From assembly GCA_965199955.1 (NCBI GenBank), contig CBDATQ010000002.1:517694-581693 (forward strand): 64,000 nucleotides of DNA, in the 5' to 3' direction. Both the position numbers and the translations under genes were made by a program. This DNA comes from Spirochaetia bacterium (GTDB lineage: Bacteria; Spirochaetota; Spirochaetia; SZUA-6; Bin103). Shown one piece after another: positions 26,398-36,189 of this stretch. The notes under the pieces are model-generated. The model saw nothing but the letters and a program-made list of their open reading frames with translations, had not been told where the DNA came from and made no database searches. Positions within the stretch are counted from its first letter, which is position 1. Each line of letters begins with the position of its first letter.

Positions 26398-27105
26398 TCA
26401 GGCGGGGCCGAGATTGCGCCACCAGCGGACCTCGTTGCTGCCGCGCTCGGCGGCGGCGACGATATCCAGCCGGCCGTCCCGATCAAAGTCGACCAGGATC
26501 ACTTGGTCGGCCGCGGTCCACTCCTCCTTCAGGACCTGCATGCTCCATGGTCCGCGCGGGTCGCCGCCGTGCTTGAAGAGGGCCACTCGGCCGGCATCCT
26601 CCCATCCCGTGGCCACCACCTCGATCCGGCCGTCGCGGTCGAAGTCGACGGCCAGGATGGTGCGCGGCTCGCCGATGCCCTCCTCGATGGTGTGCTTGAC
26701 CCACCGGTCCCCTTGGTTCTCGAACCAGGCGACCTCGTTGCCGATGCGCCAGTTGGTCGCGGCGACGTCGAGGTCGCCGTCTCCGTCCAGGTCGGCGACG
26801 GCCAGGTCGTAGGCGCCGGGGAAGCCGCCCTCGGTAATGTAGTGGTGCGTCCACGAGCGGCGCTCGCGCGGATCGCCGTCGAAGGAGAACCACAGCAGGC
26901 TGCTGCCCTTGTTGTCCACGCTGACGATCTCCGGGCGCCCGTCGCCGTCGATGTCGGCGATCTCGTGGCGCTCCAGCCACTCGCCCGCGCGCTCGTGGAC
27001 GACGTGCCGGGTGAAGCGCCCGCTGCCGTCGTTCTCGAACCAGTAGAGGCCGACGTCGGTGTCCATCGCCACGACGTCGGGAAAGCCGTTGCCTGTGAGG
27101 TCCAC
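26398..27105 (-). CDS. FG-GAP/VCBS repeat protein
   Basis: Repeated ...D.DGDG..D... units (DIDGDGRPEIV, DLDGDGDLDVA, DFDRDGRIEVV, DFDRDGRLDIV). Start ambiguous. Either GTG at 27105, or ATG at 27176 (MAEHIRFEEGLIGD...) followed by a 1-nt frameshift in ggggacgg. Confidence 0.55.
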   Translation of the reverse strand: MDLTGNGFPDVVAMDTDVGLYWFENDGSGRFTRHVVHERAGEWLERHEIADIDGDGRPEIVSVDNKGSSLLWFSFDGDPRERRSWTHHYITEGGFPGAYDLAVADLDGDGDLDVAATNWRIGNEVAWFENQGDRWVKHTIEEGIGEPRTILAVDFDRDGRIEVVATGWEDAGRVALFKHGGDPRGPWSMQVLKEEWTAADQVILVDFDRDGRLDIVAAAERGSNEVRWWRNLGPA

Positions 27106-27247
27106 GGTCGATATCCCGAACGCGTAGGAGAACCGTCCCCGATCAGTCCCTCTTCGAACCGGATGTGCTCCGCCATGTGTCGCCCCCTCAGCCCGCGTGC
27201 CGGTGTTGCCCGGACGGGCTCGCTGCCGGCAGACTGGGCCGCCCATC

Positions 27248-29335
27248 ATGAAGCGAATCGACCCGTGGGACACGCGTTTCGCCTTCTTCTGGTACAACGA
27301 CCAGGAAATCTTTCGCGACACCGATGCCGACCTGGCGCGCAAGGCGGAGGCGTTCGCCGACGTCGGCATAAACCACGTCATCACCTTCAGCGCCACCCAC
27401 TTCCGCTGGTCCTTTCGCCGCCACTGGGACCTGCTGACCGAGACGCTGGCGCGCGTGGTGACCGCCTGCCACGCCGCCGGCATTCGCGTGACCGAGCACC
27501 ACTCCAGCCATCTCACCCACAACCCGATCGACGAAGCGGGCGAACGCCAAGTGGAGCAGCGGCTCCGCACGCGCGGGTCGAGCCTGGCGTCGTGGCCCCA
27601 CCTGCGCGAGGACTGCGACGCCGATCCGGTGATCGACGGCGTGCGGCTGTCGAGCTGGCGGCAGATCGACGGCCGCACCGGAACGTGGGCACGCTCGGCC
27701 TACGCGGGCCGCTACGACTACCAGGGCTGGACGTTCTGCTTCAACAATCCGCACTATCGGCGCGCCTACCTGGCCTACCTGGAGACGCTCTACGCGACCG
27801 GCATCGACGGCATCATGACCGACGACGTCGAGTGGTTCGGCGCCGGTCACGCCTGCGCCTGCCCCATCTGTCGGCGCCTGTTCCGGGAGCAGACCGGTCA
27901 CGATCTCCCGGAACCCGGGCCCGCCTGGGAGCGCTGGCACGGAGACCATGGCGATCCGTCCTACGTCGCCTGGCTGCGTTTCCGTACGTCCTCCACCACG
28001 GCCTTCCACCAGGCGGTTTCCGACCACTACCGCGGGCTCGGCATCCGCCCGCTGCGGCCCAACTACAGCGAGCGGGTTCTCCACCGGGACCCCCACGGAA
28101 TATCGCTGGAGGACCTGCCCGACCTCGACTGGATCTTCAAGGAGAACGACTACTCCACGATCGTGCGCTACTCATGGTGCTCCTGGGCGATCGAGGCGGC
28201 CCACCGCTTCGCCGTCGGCCGCTGGCGCGGCATCCCGCCGATGAGCATGTTCTACCCCGACCGGCCCGACACCGTGCGCTTCTGCTGGGCGCTGGCCATG
28301 AGCTGGGGCCACCTGTACCTGGCGACGCCGGAGGGCCGGTCCCTGGAGCGTGCCGAGAAGCGGCTGCGCCGCTTCGAGGTCGCCCATCCCGAGTTGCTGC
28401 GCCGGGTGCGGCGGGTGGCGTCGCTGAGCTTCTACGACTCGCGCGCCACGCGCGACCTGTACGAGCACGCCGAAGAGCGAAGTGTCGCCGGGCTGATCGC
28501 CTGGACGCAGGCGTGCTACCGGCGGAACGTGCCCTTCGACCTGTTCCAGCCGGAGGAGCTCGACCGCCTGCCGCTCTACCGCGTAGTGGTCCTCAACGAG
28601 GCTGCCTTCCTCGGCGACGCGGAGCTCGATGCGCTGCGCGGGTTCGTGCACGCCGGCGGCACGCTGGTATGGACCGGCGCCACCGGCAGCAGGGACGAGA
28701 GCGGCGCCGCTCGCGACGCCCGGGCGCTCGGCCGCTGCTGGGAGATCGCCTCGTTCGCGGCGGTGCCGGACGGTGCGCCGCCGGTCACCGCCCGCATCGG
28801 CGCCGGCCGGCTGGTGCTGGTGGCCGGCGACTACGCGCTGGAGCCGGTGGAGGGGATCGCCCGCCCGGAGGATGGCGGCCGCGAGGCACGGGTGCCGTGG
28901 CAGCCTGTATCGGCGGCCCAGGAGCGCCTGCGGGATGAGCTGGTCGCGTTCCTGTGCGGCCTGGCGGGCGGTGCCGATCTGGAGATCGAGGACCTGCCCG
29001 CCGGCGTGCTGGCGACCGTCTTCGTCACCGAGTGCGGGGACTCCCTGGTGGTCCACCTCGTGAACGCGGCGCAGACCCTGGTGGTGGCGGTGGGAGGGAG
29101 CATCGGCCACGACGACCCCATCCCGTTTCCGCGGTTCGCAGGCGGGCCGGCACGCATCACGCTCCGCACGCCGGGGGCTCTAGCGGGGCGTCCGGTGCGC
29201 CAGGCGCGCTATCACGATCCGGACGTGGCGGCGGCCCGCCCCGTGGCGGCAGAGGCCGCGGCCGGGCGGGTCACGGTCACTCTGGATCCGTCCTGGATCG
29301 GCGCCTACGGACTGGTGCAGATCGAGCTCGACTGA
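27248..29335 (+). CDS. putative glycoside hydrolase (GHL6-like TIM barrel plus beta-galactosidase-trimerisation-like domain)
   Basis: 696-aa ORF from MKRIDPWDTRFAFFWYN. A central segment ...LRGFVHAGGTLVWTG... resembles the GH42 middle (class-I glutamine-amidotransferase-like) domain. Assignment tentative. Confidence 0.4.
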   Translation: MKRIDPWDTRFAFFWYNDQEIFRDTDADLARKAEAFADVGINHVITFSATHFRWSFRRHWDLLTETLARVVTACHAAGIRVTEHHSSHLTHNPIDEAGERQVEQRLRTRGSSLASWPHLREDCDADPVIDGVRLSSWRQIDGRTGTWARSAYAGRYDYQGWTFCFNNPHYRRAYLAYLETLYATGIDGIMTDDVEWFGAGHACACPICRRLFREQTGHDLPEPGPAWERWHGDHGDPSYVAWLRFRTSSTTAFHQAVSDHYRGLGIRPLRPNYSERVLHRDPHGISLEDLPDLDWIFKENDYSTIVRYSWCSWAIEAAHRFAVGRWRGIPPMSMFYPDRPDTVRFCWALAMSWGHLYLATPEGRSLERAEKRLRRFEVAHPELLRRVRRVASLSFYDSRATRDLYEHAEERSVAGLIAWTQACYRRNVPFDLFQPEELDRLPLYRVVVLNEAAFLGDAELDALRGFVHAGGTLVWTGATGSRDESGAARDARALGRCWEIASFAAVPDGAPPVTARIGAGRLVLVAGDYALEPVEGIARPEDGGREARVPWQPVSAAQERLRDELVAFLCGLAGGADLEIEDLPAGVLATVFVTECGDSLVVHLVNAAQTLVVAVGGSIGHDDPIPFPRFAGGPARITLRTPGALAGRPVRQARYHDPDVAAARPVAAEAAAGRVTVTLDPSWIGAYGLVQIELD

Positions 29336-29958
29336 GCGAGCCTGAAGCTGCGTCGGTGGATCGTCGACGGTCCGTGCCGCCGCAGCCGCTCCCGGTGCGC
29401 GCGCGTGGCGTACCCGAAGTGCGACTCGAAGCCGTAGCGGCCGTCGATGCGGGCGTACCGGGCCATCCAGCGGTCGCGCGCGGTCTTGGCCAGGATCGAT
29501 GCCGCCATGATCTCCGGGATGCGAGCGTCGCCGTCGATCTCGGCCCGGCAGGAGGCTCCCAGGGCCGGCGTGAAGCGCCCGTCGACCAGCACCAGGTCCG
29601 GCGCGAGGTTCAGCCCGCGGCAGGCGCGCAGCATCGCCAGCAGCGTCGCGTGATGGATGTTGATGCGGTCGATCTCCTCCGGCCACGCCCAGCCGACGGC
29701 CCACGCACGGGCGCGTCCGCGGATCAGCGGCGCCAGCTCTTCGCGGACCCGCGGGTCCACGACCTTGGAGTCATCCAGGCGGTCGTCCGGAAACGGGTCC
29801 CCCAGGATCACCGCCGCGGCGGTGACCGGTCCCGCCAGCGGTCCCCGGCCTGCCTCGTCGATGCCGCAGACGATCGTTCCCCCTCCCGGTTTGACGCTGA
29901 TTCGACCGCGATGGTAGCGTCGGGCGAGGCAAGCCCACAACGCGTGCGCTGTGCTCAC
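29305..29958 (-). CDS. rnhB: ribonuclease HII
   Basis: ...IVCGIDEAGRGPLAGPVTAAAVIL...DDSKVV... is the canonical RNase HII active site. Start is GTG at 29958, or TTG 18 nt downstream. Confidence 0.85.
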   Translation of the reverse strand: MSTAHALWACLARRYHRGRISVKPGGGTIVCGIDEAGRGPLAGPVTAAAVILGDPFPDDRLDDSKVVDPRVREELAPLIRGRARAWAVGWAWPEEIDRINIHHATLLAMLRACRGLNLAPDLVLVDGRFTPALGASCRAEIDGDARIPEIMAASILAKTARDRWMARYARIDGRYGFESHFGYATRAHRERLRRHGPSTIHRRSFRLAQSSSICTSP

Positions 29959-29961
29959 ATC

Positions 29962-32733
29962 ATGAGCGGGCAGCTACTGAAGCGGGTCGAACTCCTCGGC
30001 TTCAAGTCCTTTGCCGACCGCACGGTACTGGAGTTCGGCCCCGAAGTGTCCGCGCTGGTCGGACCGAACGGCTGCGGCAAGAGCAACATCGTTGACGCCA
30101 TCCGCTGGGCGCTGGGCGAGCAGGCGCCCCGCTCTCTGCGCGCCGAGCGCATGGAGGACGTGATCTTCGACGGCGCCGGCAGCCGGCGGTCGATGAGCGT
30201 GGCCGAGGTCACGCTGGTGTTCTCCAACGAGAACGGACGGTTGCCGATCGACTCCGCGGAGGTTGGCGTCAAGCGCCGCCTGTACCGCTCCGGCGAGAGC
30301 CAGTACTTCGTCAACAACACGCAGAGCCGGCTGCGCGACGTGCGCGAGGTGCTTGCCGATACCGGTCTTGCCACCTCCGGTTACGCATCGCTGGAACAGG
30401 GAAGGATCGACCGGATCCTCTCGGACAAGCCCGAGGAGCGTCGCGAGGTCTTCGAGGAGGCGGCCGGCATCCTGTCCTACCGCACCCGCGCCGTCGAAGC
30501 CGAGCGCGAGCTGAAACAGGCGGCGGCCAACGTGGCGCAGGTGGAGAACGTCCGGCGCGAGGTGCAGCGCCGTTACGAGACCCTGCGCGTGCAGTCGCAG
30601 GCTGCCGAGCGCTACCGCTCCCTGCGCGCGCAGGCCTTCGACGTCGAGCGCGACCAGGAACTGCTGCGTCTGCGCGCCCTGCGGGATCGCCGCCAGCGGA
30701 TCGAGAAGCGCCTTTCGCGGGAGACGCAGAACCGAGACGAGGTCCAGAACGAGATCGACGCGGCCGCGACCAGCGCGCGCAATCATCGGGCCGCTGTGGA
30801 GCGCCTGGAGGACGAGCGCGCTGCGTCCCAGGAACGCCTGTACGAGATCGCCACCGCCATGAGCGGGGCCGGGAGCGAAATACGGCTCGGCCGCGAGCGC
30901 GTCGATGAGCTGGAAGCGAGCATGCACTCGTACCACAGCCGCGACCAGGCGCTCGCGAAGCGCATCCGCGCCCGGGGAACCGAGGTCGAAACCGCTCGTG
31001 CCGGGCTGACCGAAGCGGAACGGGATGCCGCGGACGCGGAGTCGAAGGCGGCTGCCGACCGTGGAGATGCCGCGGCGGTGGGCGCGCAGATCGCCGAAAC
31101 GGAGCGGCGCATCGCCGATGCAGCCGCGCGGGCAGCATCGCACGAACAGCGCCTGGACGGCCTGCGCGACCAGCTTCGCAAGGTCACCGACGAGATCGTC
31201 ACCGAGCTCGATCAGCGGCTGGGCCAGGGGATGGAGTCCACCCCGTCCGCAGCGCTCGGCAACGATGTTGCCGAGTCGCTTGCGCGGTTCCGTCATGACC
31301 TCGGCCGGCTCGCGGTCTCGGCAGCGCGGGTGGACACCGAGGAACTCGCGCGGCGGCTCGGGGATCTGGTGGAGGCGGCCGAGGGTTTGATGAAGGGGTT
31401 CGCCCGCTATCGCGAGACCACCGGATCGCTGCTCGACGATCTGATCTCTTCGGAAGGGATCGTCACCCACAAGCGGGCGATCGACCGTGACATGGGAGAG
31501 ACCTTCTGGGCGATCGCCGAGCTCCGCAAGCAGAGCGAGGAGTTGCGGCGGGCCAATCGCGAGCGCGCCGAACGGCAGGGCCGGTTGCGCGACGCGGTGC
31601 AGGAGAGCCAGGTGGCCGCCGCGCGGGCGCAGGAACAGGCTGCCGCGCTGCGCACGCAGCTCGCCGCCGCGCAGCGGCAGCTCGACGAGCAGCGCCAGAT
31701 CCGCGCGGATCTGGCCTCGGAGGAACACCAGACCGCGGAGGCGATCCGGGCGCTGGCGTCCAGCACCTCCGATCGCGAGCGGGAGAAGGCGTTCCTGGAC
31801 CGGGAGCATGATCGGCTGCAGAGGGAGCTGGGCCGCGCCTCGGCGCAGCTCGCCGCGCATCGCCGCGAGATGGACCGGATCGACCAGGCCGCGCAGCAGC
31901 GCTCGGCGCGGCTGCGGCAGGCGCAGGAGACGCTGGAGCGAGTTCGGGTGGAGCTCGCCGAGGTGGAGGCGGAAGACAAGGCCATCCGCCACACCTTCGC
32001 GCAGACCCACTCCCAGCGCCTGGAAGAGCACTCCGAGCGGCTCGAGCAGATCGAGGCCACGCCGCGGGAGTTGCGCGACCGACTGGGCCGGCTACGGGAA
32101 CGGATCCGCGGCCTCGGGCAGATCAACCTGCTCGCTCCGGAGGAGTTCAAGGAGGTGGCCGAGCGCTACCGGTTCCTGACCGGGCAGCTCGAGGACCTGA
32201 GCCAGGCGCGCGCCGACCTGGAACGGGTGACCGAAGAGATCCAGCGCGAATCCGCCGAGCGGTTCGGAGCCTCCTTCCAGGCCATCGCCGGTGCGTTCCG
32301 GGACATCTTCCGCCGGCTGTTCGGCGGCGGCCGCGCCGAGTTGAAGCTCCGGAGTCAGGACGTGCTTGAGGCCGGCGTCGACATCCTGGCGCAGCCGCCC
32401 GGCCGCAAGCTGGAGAACGTGGGACTGTTGTCCGGAGGGGAGCGGTCGCTGACCGCGGTGGCGCTGATGTTCGCCATGTACTCGGTCAAGCCGTCACCGT
32501 TCTGCGTGCTCGACGAGCTGGACGCCGCGCTGGACGACGAGAACATCGGCCGCTTCGTCGGGCTCCTGGAAGAGTTCGCGCACGACTCTCAGTTCCTGAT
32601 CGTCACCCACAACAAGCGCACCATCGCCGCCGCCGCGAACCTGTACGGGGTTACCATGGAGGAGCCGGGCGTCTCCAAGCTGGTGACCCTGCGCATGCCG
32701 GAGCGCGCCGAGCGCGAACCGGTTCCGGCGTAG
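29962..32733 (+). CDS. smc: chromosome segregation protein SMC (short, 923-aa form)
   Basis: N-terminal MSGQLLKRVELLGFKSFADRT...VGPNGCGKSNIVDAIRWALGEQ (Walker A). C-terminal LSGGERSLTAVALMFA...FCVLDELDAALDDENI...VTHNKRTI...LYGVTM (signature and Walker B). Long coiled-coil arms in between. Upstream part of the 1259-aa ORF is junk. Confidence 0.85.
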   Translation: MSGQLLKRVELLGFKSFADRTVLEFGPEVSALVGPNGCGKSNIVDAIRWALGEQAPRSLRAERMEDVIFDGAGSRRSMSVAEVTLVFSNENGRLPIDSAEVGVKRRLYRSGESQYFVNNTQSRLRDVREVLADTGLATSGYASLEQGRIDRILSDKPEERREVFEEAAGILSYRTRAVEAERELKQAAANVAQVENVRREVQRRYETLRVQSQAAERYRSLRAQAFDVERDQELLRLRALRDRRQRIEKRLSRETQNRDEVQNEIDAAATSARNHRAAVERLEDERAASQERLYEIATAMSGAGSEIRLGRERVDELEASMHSYHSRDQALAKRIRARGTEVETARAGLTEAERDAADAESKAAADRGDAAAVGAQIAETERRIADAAARAASHEQRLDGLRDQLRKVTDEIVTELDQRLGQGMESTPSAALGNDVAESLARFRHDLGRLAVSAARVDTEELARRLGDLVEAAEGLMKGFARYRETTGSLLDDLISSEGIVTHKRAIDRDMGETFWAIAELRKQSEELRRANRERAERQGRLRDAVQESQVAAARAQEQAAALRTQLAAAQRQLDEQRQIRADLASEEHQTAEAIRALASSTSDREREKAFLDREHDRLQRELGRASAQLAAHRREMDRIDQAAQQRSARLRQAQETLERVRVELAEVEAEDKAIRHTFAQTHSQRLEEHSERLEQIEATPRELRDRLGRLRERIRGLGQINLLAPEEFKEVAERYRFLTGQLEDLSQARADLERVTEEIQRESAERFGASFQAIAGAFRDIFRRLFGGGRAELKLRSQDVLEAGVDILAQPPGRKLENVGLLSGGERSLTAVALMFAMYSVKPSPFCVLDELDAALDDENIGRFVGLLEEFAHDSQFLIVTHNKRTIAAAANLYGVTMEEPGVSKLVTLRMPERAEREPVPA

Positions 32734-32847
32734 TGGTACGGACCGTGCGCGCCGCGTCGTCTGCAAGGGCAGGGGCTTCTGCCGGGCAGGCCGAATTGCC
32801 TGCGCCAGCGGACGGGCCTATCATCGGAGAGGCAGAAGACAAAGCAC

Positions 32848-34800
32848 ATGAGTGATCAGGAACGAAACGAACCGCAGGCGGAGGAATCGTCGGACTCGCA
32901 CGGACAGGAAGGGGCCGGACCGGAGCCCTCCCGGGAGAGGTTCTGGCAGGGCGTGAGCGTCCCTGACCTGGTCAAGCAGCGCATCGATGTCATCAAGGCG
33001 CAGCAGAGCCGCGGCCGCAAGCTGCTGATGGCGTTGCGCAAGTTCTACGCCATCCTGCCGATCGCGGCGTTCATCTATTTCTCCCTCACCAATCCGACAT
33101 TCCAGAACACGGTGCTCGCCATCCTGCAATTTGCGGTGCAGCTCCTGTTCGCGATCTTCTACGCGATTATCCAGTTCGTCGCCATTTTCTGGTTCATGGC
33201 CCGATCGAAGGTGGAGAAGGTCCGGCCCACCGACCCCAAGTCGATCACCTTCGACGACTACTGGGGGCAGCCCAACCTGAAGGCACTGGTCCGGCAATGG
33301 TTGGGCCTGCTGGCCGACCGCAGGGAGTTCGTGCAGATGGGCGGCCGCTACATCAACGGCCTGTTGCTGTACGGCCCACCGGGCACCGGCAAGACCATGC
33401 TCGCCAAGGCGATGGCGGGTGAGGCCGGGGTCGCGTTCATTTCCATAGAAGGCTCGGGATTCCGGGCGATGTTCGTGGGCGTGGACGTCCTGAAGATGAT
33501 CTGGTTTATCCGCAAGGCACGCAAGTACGCCCGCCGCTACGGCGCCTGCATCGCCTACATCGACGAGATCGACGCGGTCGGACAGTCGCGTGGCGGCGTC
33601 CAGGGAGACAACAGTACGTTCGCCGGCGGCGGGATGTTTGGTGGCGGAACCGGCGCCCTGACGCGGCTGCTCTACGAGATGGACGGCGTCGATCAGCGTT
33701 CCCTGAAGGAGCGAATGGTCGCCAAGCTCTACCAACTGCGCGGCAAGAAGCCGCCTGCGCGGAATTGGCACGTCCTGTTCATGGGCTCCACCAACCGCCC
33801 CGACGTGCTGGACCCGGCGCTGACGCGGCCGGGCCGCTTCGACCAGATGATCGAGGTGGGACTGCCGGACCGTTCCGGCCGTCGCGCCATCGTCGAGGGC
33901 TACCTGTCGACCATCCGCCACGACGACTCGGTCGACGTGGAGGCGATCGTGTCCAACACGCCCGGCGCCTCACCGGCGCAGATGATGGCGGCGCTGACCA
34001 AGGACACGGTACGCATCGCCCTGTTCGAGCACCGCAACGTGGTCACACAGCGCGACATCGACCGTGCGCTGATCCACCAGTTGGCGGGCATGGAGAACCC
34101 GATCGAGGAGATGGATCCGGAACAGCGCCGTTCCATCGCCGTGCACGAGGCCGGACACGCTGTGGTCGTGCACTACGTGCTCCCGGAGAAGCGGATCGGC
34201 CACCTGACGATCCTGGCGCGCGGCCAGACGCTCGGCTTCATGCTGCCGCTCGACGAGGTGGAGCAGTACTCGTATCCGCTGCGCCGGATCGTCGCCGACA
34301 TCATGGTCGCGTTGGGCGGACACGCGGCCGTGCGGATCGTGTACGGCGAGGAGTGGACCGGCGCCTACAGCGACTACCGTCAGGCGCGAGACCGTTTCCG
34401 ACATCTGTATTCACTCGGCTACTTCGGTCCTCCGACAGGATGGATTTCCAGCATGGCCGACGAGCTGGGCGCTCCGTCGGGCGCGCCGCCGCCGGAAGTC
34501 AACCGCCTCTGGCAGGATCTGGAGGATCGGACGGAGCGGTTGCTGCGCGATCATCGGGGCGAGTTGATGGCTCTTACCGACGCCCTGCTGGAGCGCAGCG
34601 AGCTCAATACTGGCGAAGTGCTGGAGCTCCTCGGGCCGAACGGTCACAACGGCACGAACGGCCACGGCCGGCCTCCGTCCGTGGCCGGCGGGCCGAGCGG
34701 GGCGCTGCCCGGCAACCTCTCCGCGCGTGACCTGATCGACGAGCCGTCGGACCCGCCGGATGACGGCGGCACCGAGCCGCCTGAGGAGCCCGCCCGGTAG
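32848..34800 (+). CDS. FtsH-like AAA+ zinc metalloprotease, divergent paralog
   Basis: Two N-terminal TM helices. Walker A GPPGTGKT, Walker B AYIDEIDAV, SRH TNRPDVLDPALTRPGRFD. M41 zinc motif HEAGHAVVV. Insert in the AAA lid and a Gly/Pro-rich acidic tail. Confidence 0.8.
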   Translation: MSDQERNEPQAEESSDSHGQEGAGPEPSRERFWQGVSVPDLVKQRIDVIKAQQSRGRKLLMALRKFYAILPIAAFIYFSLTNPTFQNTVLAILQFAVQLLFAIFYAIIQFVAIFWFMARSKVEKVRPTDPKSITFDDYWGQPNLKALVRQWLGLLADRREFVQMGGRYINGLLLYGPPGTGKTMLAKAMAGEAGVAFISIEGSGFRAMFVGVDVLKMIWFIRKARKYARRYGACIAYIDEIDAVGQSRGGVQGDNSTFAGGGMFGGGTGALTRLLYEMDGVDQRSLKERMVAKLYQLRGKKPPARNWHVLFMGSTNRPDVLDPALTRPGRFDQMIEVGLPDRSGRRAIVEGYLSTIRHDDSVDVEAIVSNTPGASPAQMMAALTKDTVRIALFEHRNVVTQRDIDRALIHQLAGMENPIEEMDPEQRRSIAVHEAGHAVVVHYVLPEKRIGHLTILARGQTLGFMLPLDEVEQYSYPLRRIVADIMVALGGHAAVRIVYGEEWTGAYSDYRQARDRFRHLYSLGYFGPPTGWISSMADELGAPSGAPPPEVNRLWQDLEDRTERLLRDHRGELMALTDALLERSELNTGEVLELLGPNGHNGTNGHGRPPSVAGGPSGALPGNLSARDLIDEPSDPPDDGGTEPPEEPAR

Positions 34801-34827
34801 GACCCGCGGCCGCGCGGACCGACGGCC

Positions 34828-36189
34828 CTATCGAATCGACCAGGACCCCAGGTCGCCGCGGGTGACGAAGCGCGGTTCGAGGTTGCCCGAAGCCGATCCC
34901 AGGAAGATGCCGGGGAAGCCGCCGCGCGCCACCGCGGAGAACACCAGCCAGTTGCCGTCCGGCGACCAGATGCTCCCGGAGCGCGTGTGCTGATCGAAGA
35001 ACTGCAGGGCGCCCAAGCTGCCGCGCGTGATCGGAAAGGTGGCGACCTTCCAGGATTCTCCCGAGCGGGCATCCATCACCCGCAGGTGCACGTAGATCTG
35101 CTCGGGGTCGGCGGCGAACACCGGCTCCACCACGAGCTGCTGGAGCTCCGCCGCGCTCACCGGTACCAGATAGGCGATCTGGCGGCTGTTGGGAGCCCAG
35201 AAGAAGGCGATGACCGTTGGCTCCTCCAGCTCCACCGAGCGCTCCAGCCGGCCCGGCACCAGCACGCGGAGCGTGCCGTCGGCCGAGAGCTGTGGCGTTG
35301 ACGACTCCATGATCGCGACGCGCCTCCCGTCGCGGGAGAAGCTGAAGAAGGCGCTGCCGGACACGGTCTTGAGCACGTCCAGGCCCGGACCCTCGATGTC
35401 CCGCAGCACAAGCTGGGCCGATCCCGACTCGCTGTCTACATACAGCATGCGTTCGCCGTCGGGAGACACCTGCGGCGACTGGAAGCGTGCTGGGCGCACG
35501 TTGAAGTTGCGCTTCCCGGTTGCGCCGCGGACGTCCAGCAGCGTGAGGCGACCGCCCGACGTCGTGCCGCCGCCGACGTGGGCCAGCATGAAACGGTTGC
35601 CGGGGTCCCACGCCCAGTACAGTGGCAGCCCCGTGTCGAGCGGCTTGTAGCTCAGCTTGCCGGAGGGATCCATCAGGCCGAGCTCCATGCCGTCCTCCGC
35701 GGTGCGCTGGGACAGCACGCTGATCCAGCGGCTGTCCGGGGACCAGTACAGGTAGACCGGTGCGAGCTCGGCGCTCTCCCAGACCGCCTGTGGATTGCGC
35801 GAGCCTGAGTCGCTGGTGAGGATCGCCGCGTCGAGGCTGCCGTCGGTCTGCTGGTCGAAGCGGACGAAGGCGAGGCGGCGGCCCCGTGCCGACCAGGTCG
35901 GAGACGAGTACCAGCGGCGCACGCCTTCGCGGCTGCCGGCGTCATCGGTGAGCTGCGTGAGGCGTCCGCCGGTCTGGTCCGCCGTCGCGATGTTGCCGTC
36001 CAGAGCGATGAACGCGATCAGCCCCGACTTGCGCTCGAAGCGCTCCAGCAGGGAGTTCTGCGACATCTGCGCGCCCCGCACCGAGCAGGACACCAGCAGG
36101 GCGGCGGCCAGGGGGAGCAGCAGGAGCGCCTGCAGCGTGCGGCGTCCCGGTGGATGCGGCACTGGCGGCTTCAGGTTCGTCACTGCCAT
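34828..36189 (-). CDS. TolB-like PD40 beta-propeller lipoprotein
   Basis: Start at the internal ATG (MAVTNLKPP...LLLPLAAALLVSC lipobox). Repeated ...SPDG...-type PD40 motifs (WSPDSRW, VSPDGERM, WSPDGNW). The upstream 247 codons of the ORF are junk. Confidence 0.65.
   Translation of the reverse strand: MAVTNLKPPVPHPPGRRTLQALLLLPLAAALLVSCSVRGAQMSQNSLLERFERKSGLIAFIALDGNIATADQTGGRLTQLTDDAGSREGVRRWYSSPTWSARGRRLAFVRFDQQTDGSLDAAILTSDSGSRNPQAVWESAELAPVYLYWSPDSRWISVLSQRTAEDGMELGLMDPSGKLSYKPLDTGLPLYWAWDPGNRFMLAHVGGGTTSGGRLTLLDVRGATGKRNFNVRPARFQSPQVSPDGERMLYVDSESGSAQLVLRDIEGPGLDVLKTVSGSAFFSFSRDGRRVAIMESSTPQLSADGTLRVLVPGRLERSVELEEPTVIAFFWAPNSRQIAYLVPVSAAELQQLVVEPVFAADPEQIYVHLRVMDARSGESWKVATFPITRGSLGALQFFDQHTRSGSIWSPDGNWLVFSAVARGGFPGIFLGSASGNLEPRFVTRGDLGSWSIR

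Noticed and set aside
28954-29961. Upstream 336 codons of the 1259-aa smc ORF
   Set aside because: They overlap rnhB on the opposite strand and are junk-like. The conserved SMC N-terminus begins exactly at the ATG at 29962.
29962-32733. Interpreting the short SMC as a defence-type SMC-like ATPase (Wadjet JetC / Lamassu LmuB)
   Set aside because: Head sequences are canonical chromosomal SMC (FKSFAD start, LSGGE, SMC C-terminus). There are no kleisin, nuclease or topoisomerase-like partner genes. The gene sits among core genes next to rnhB.
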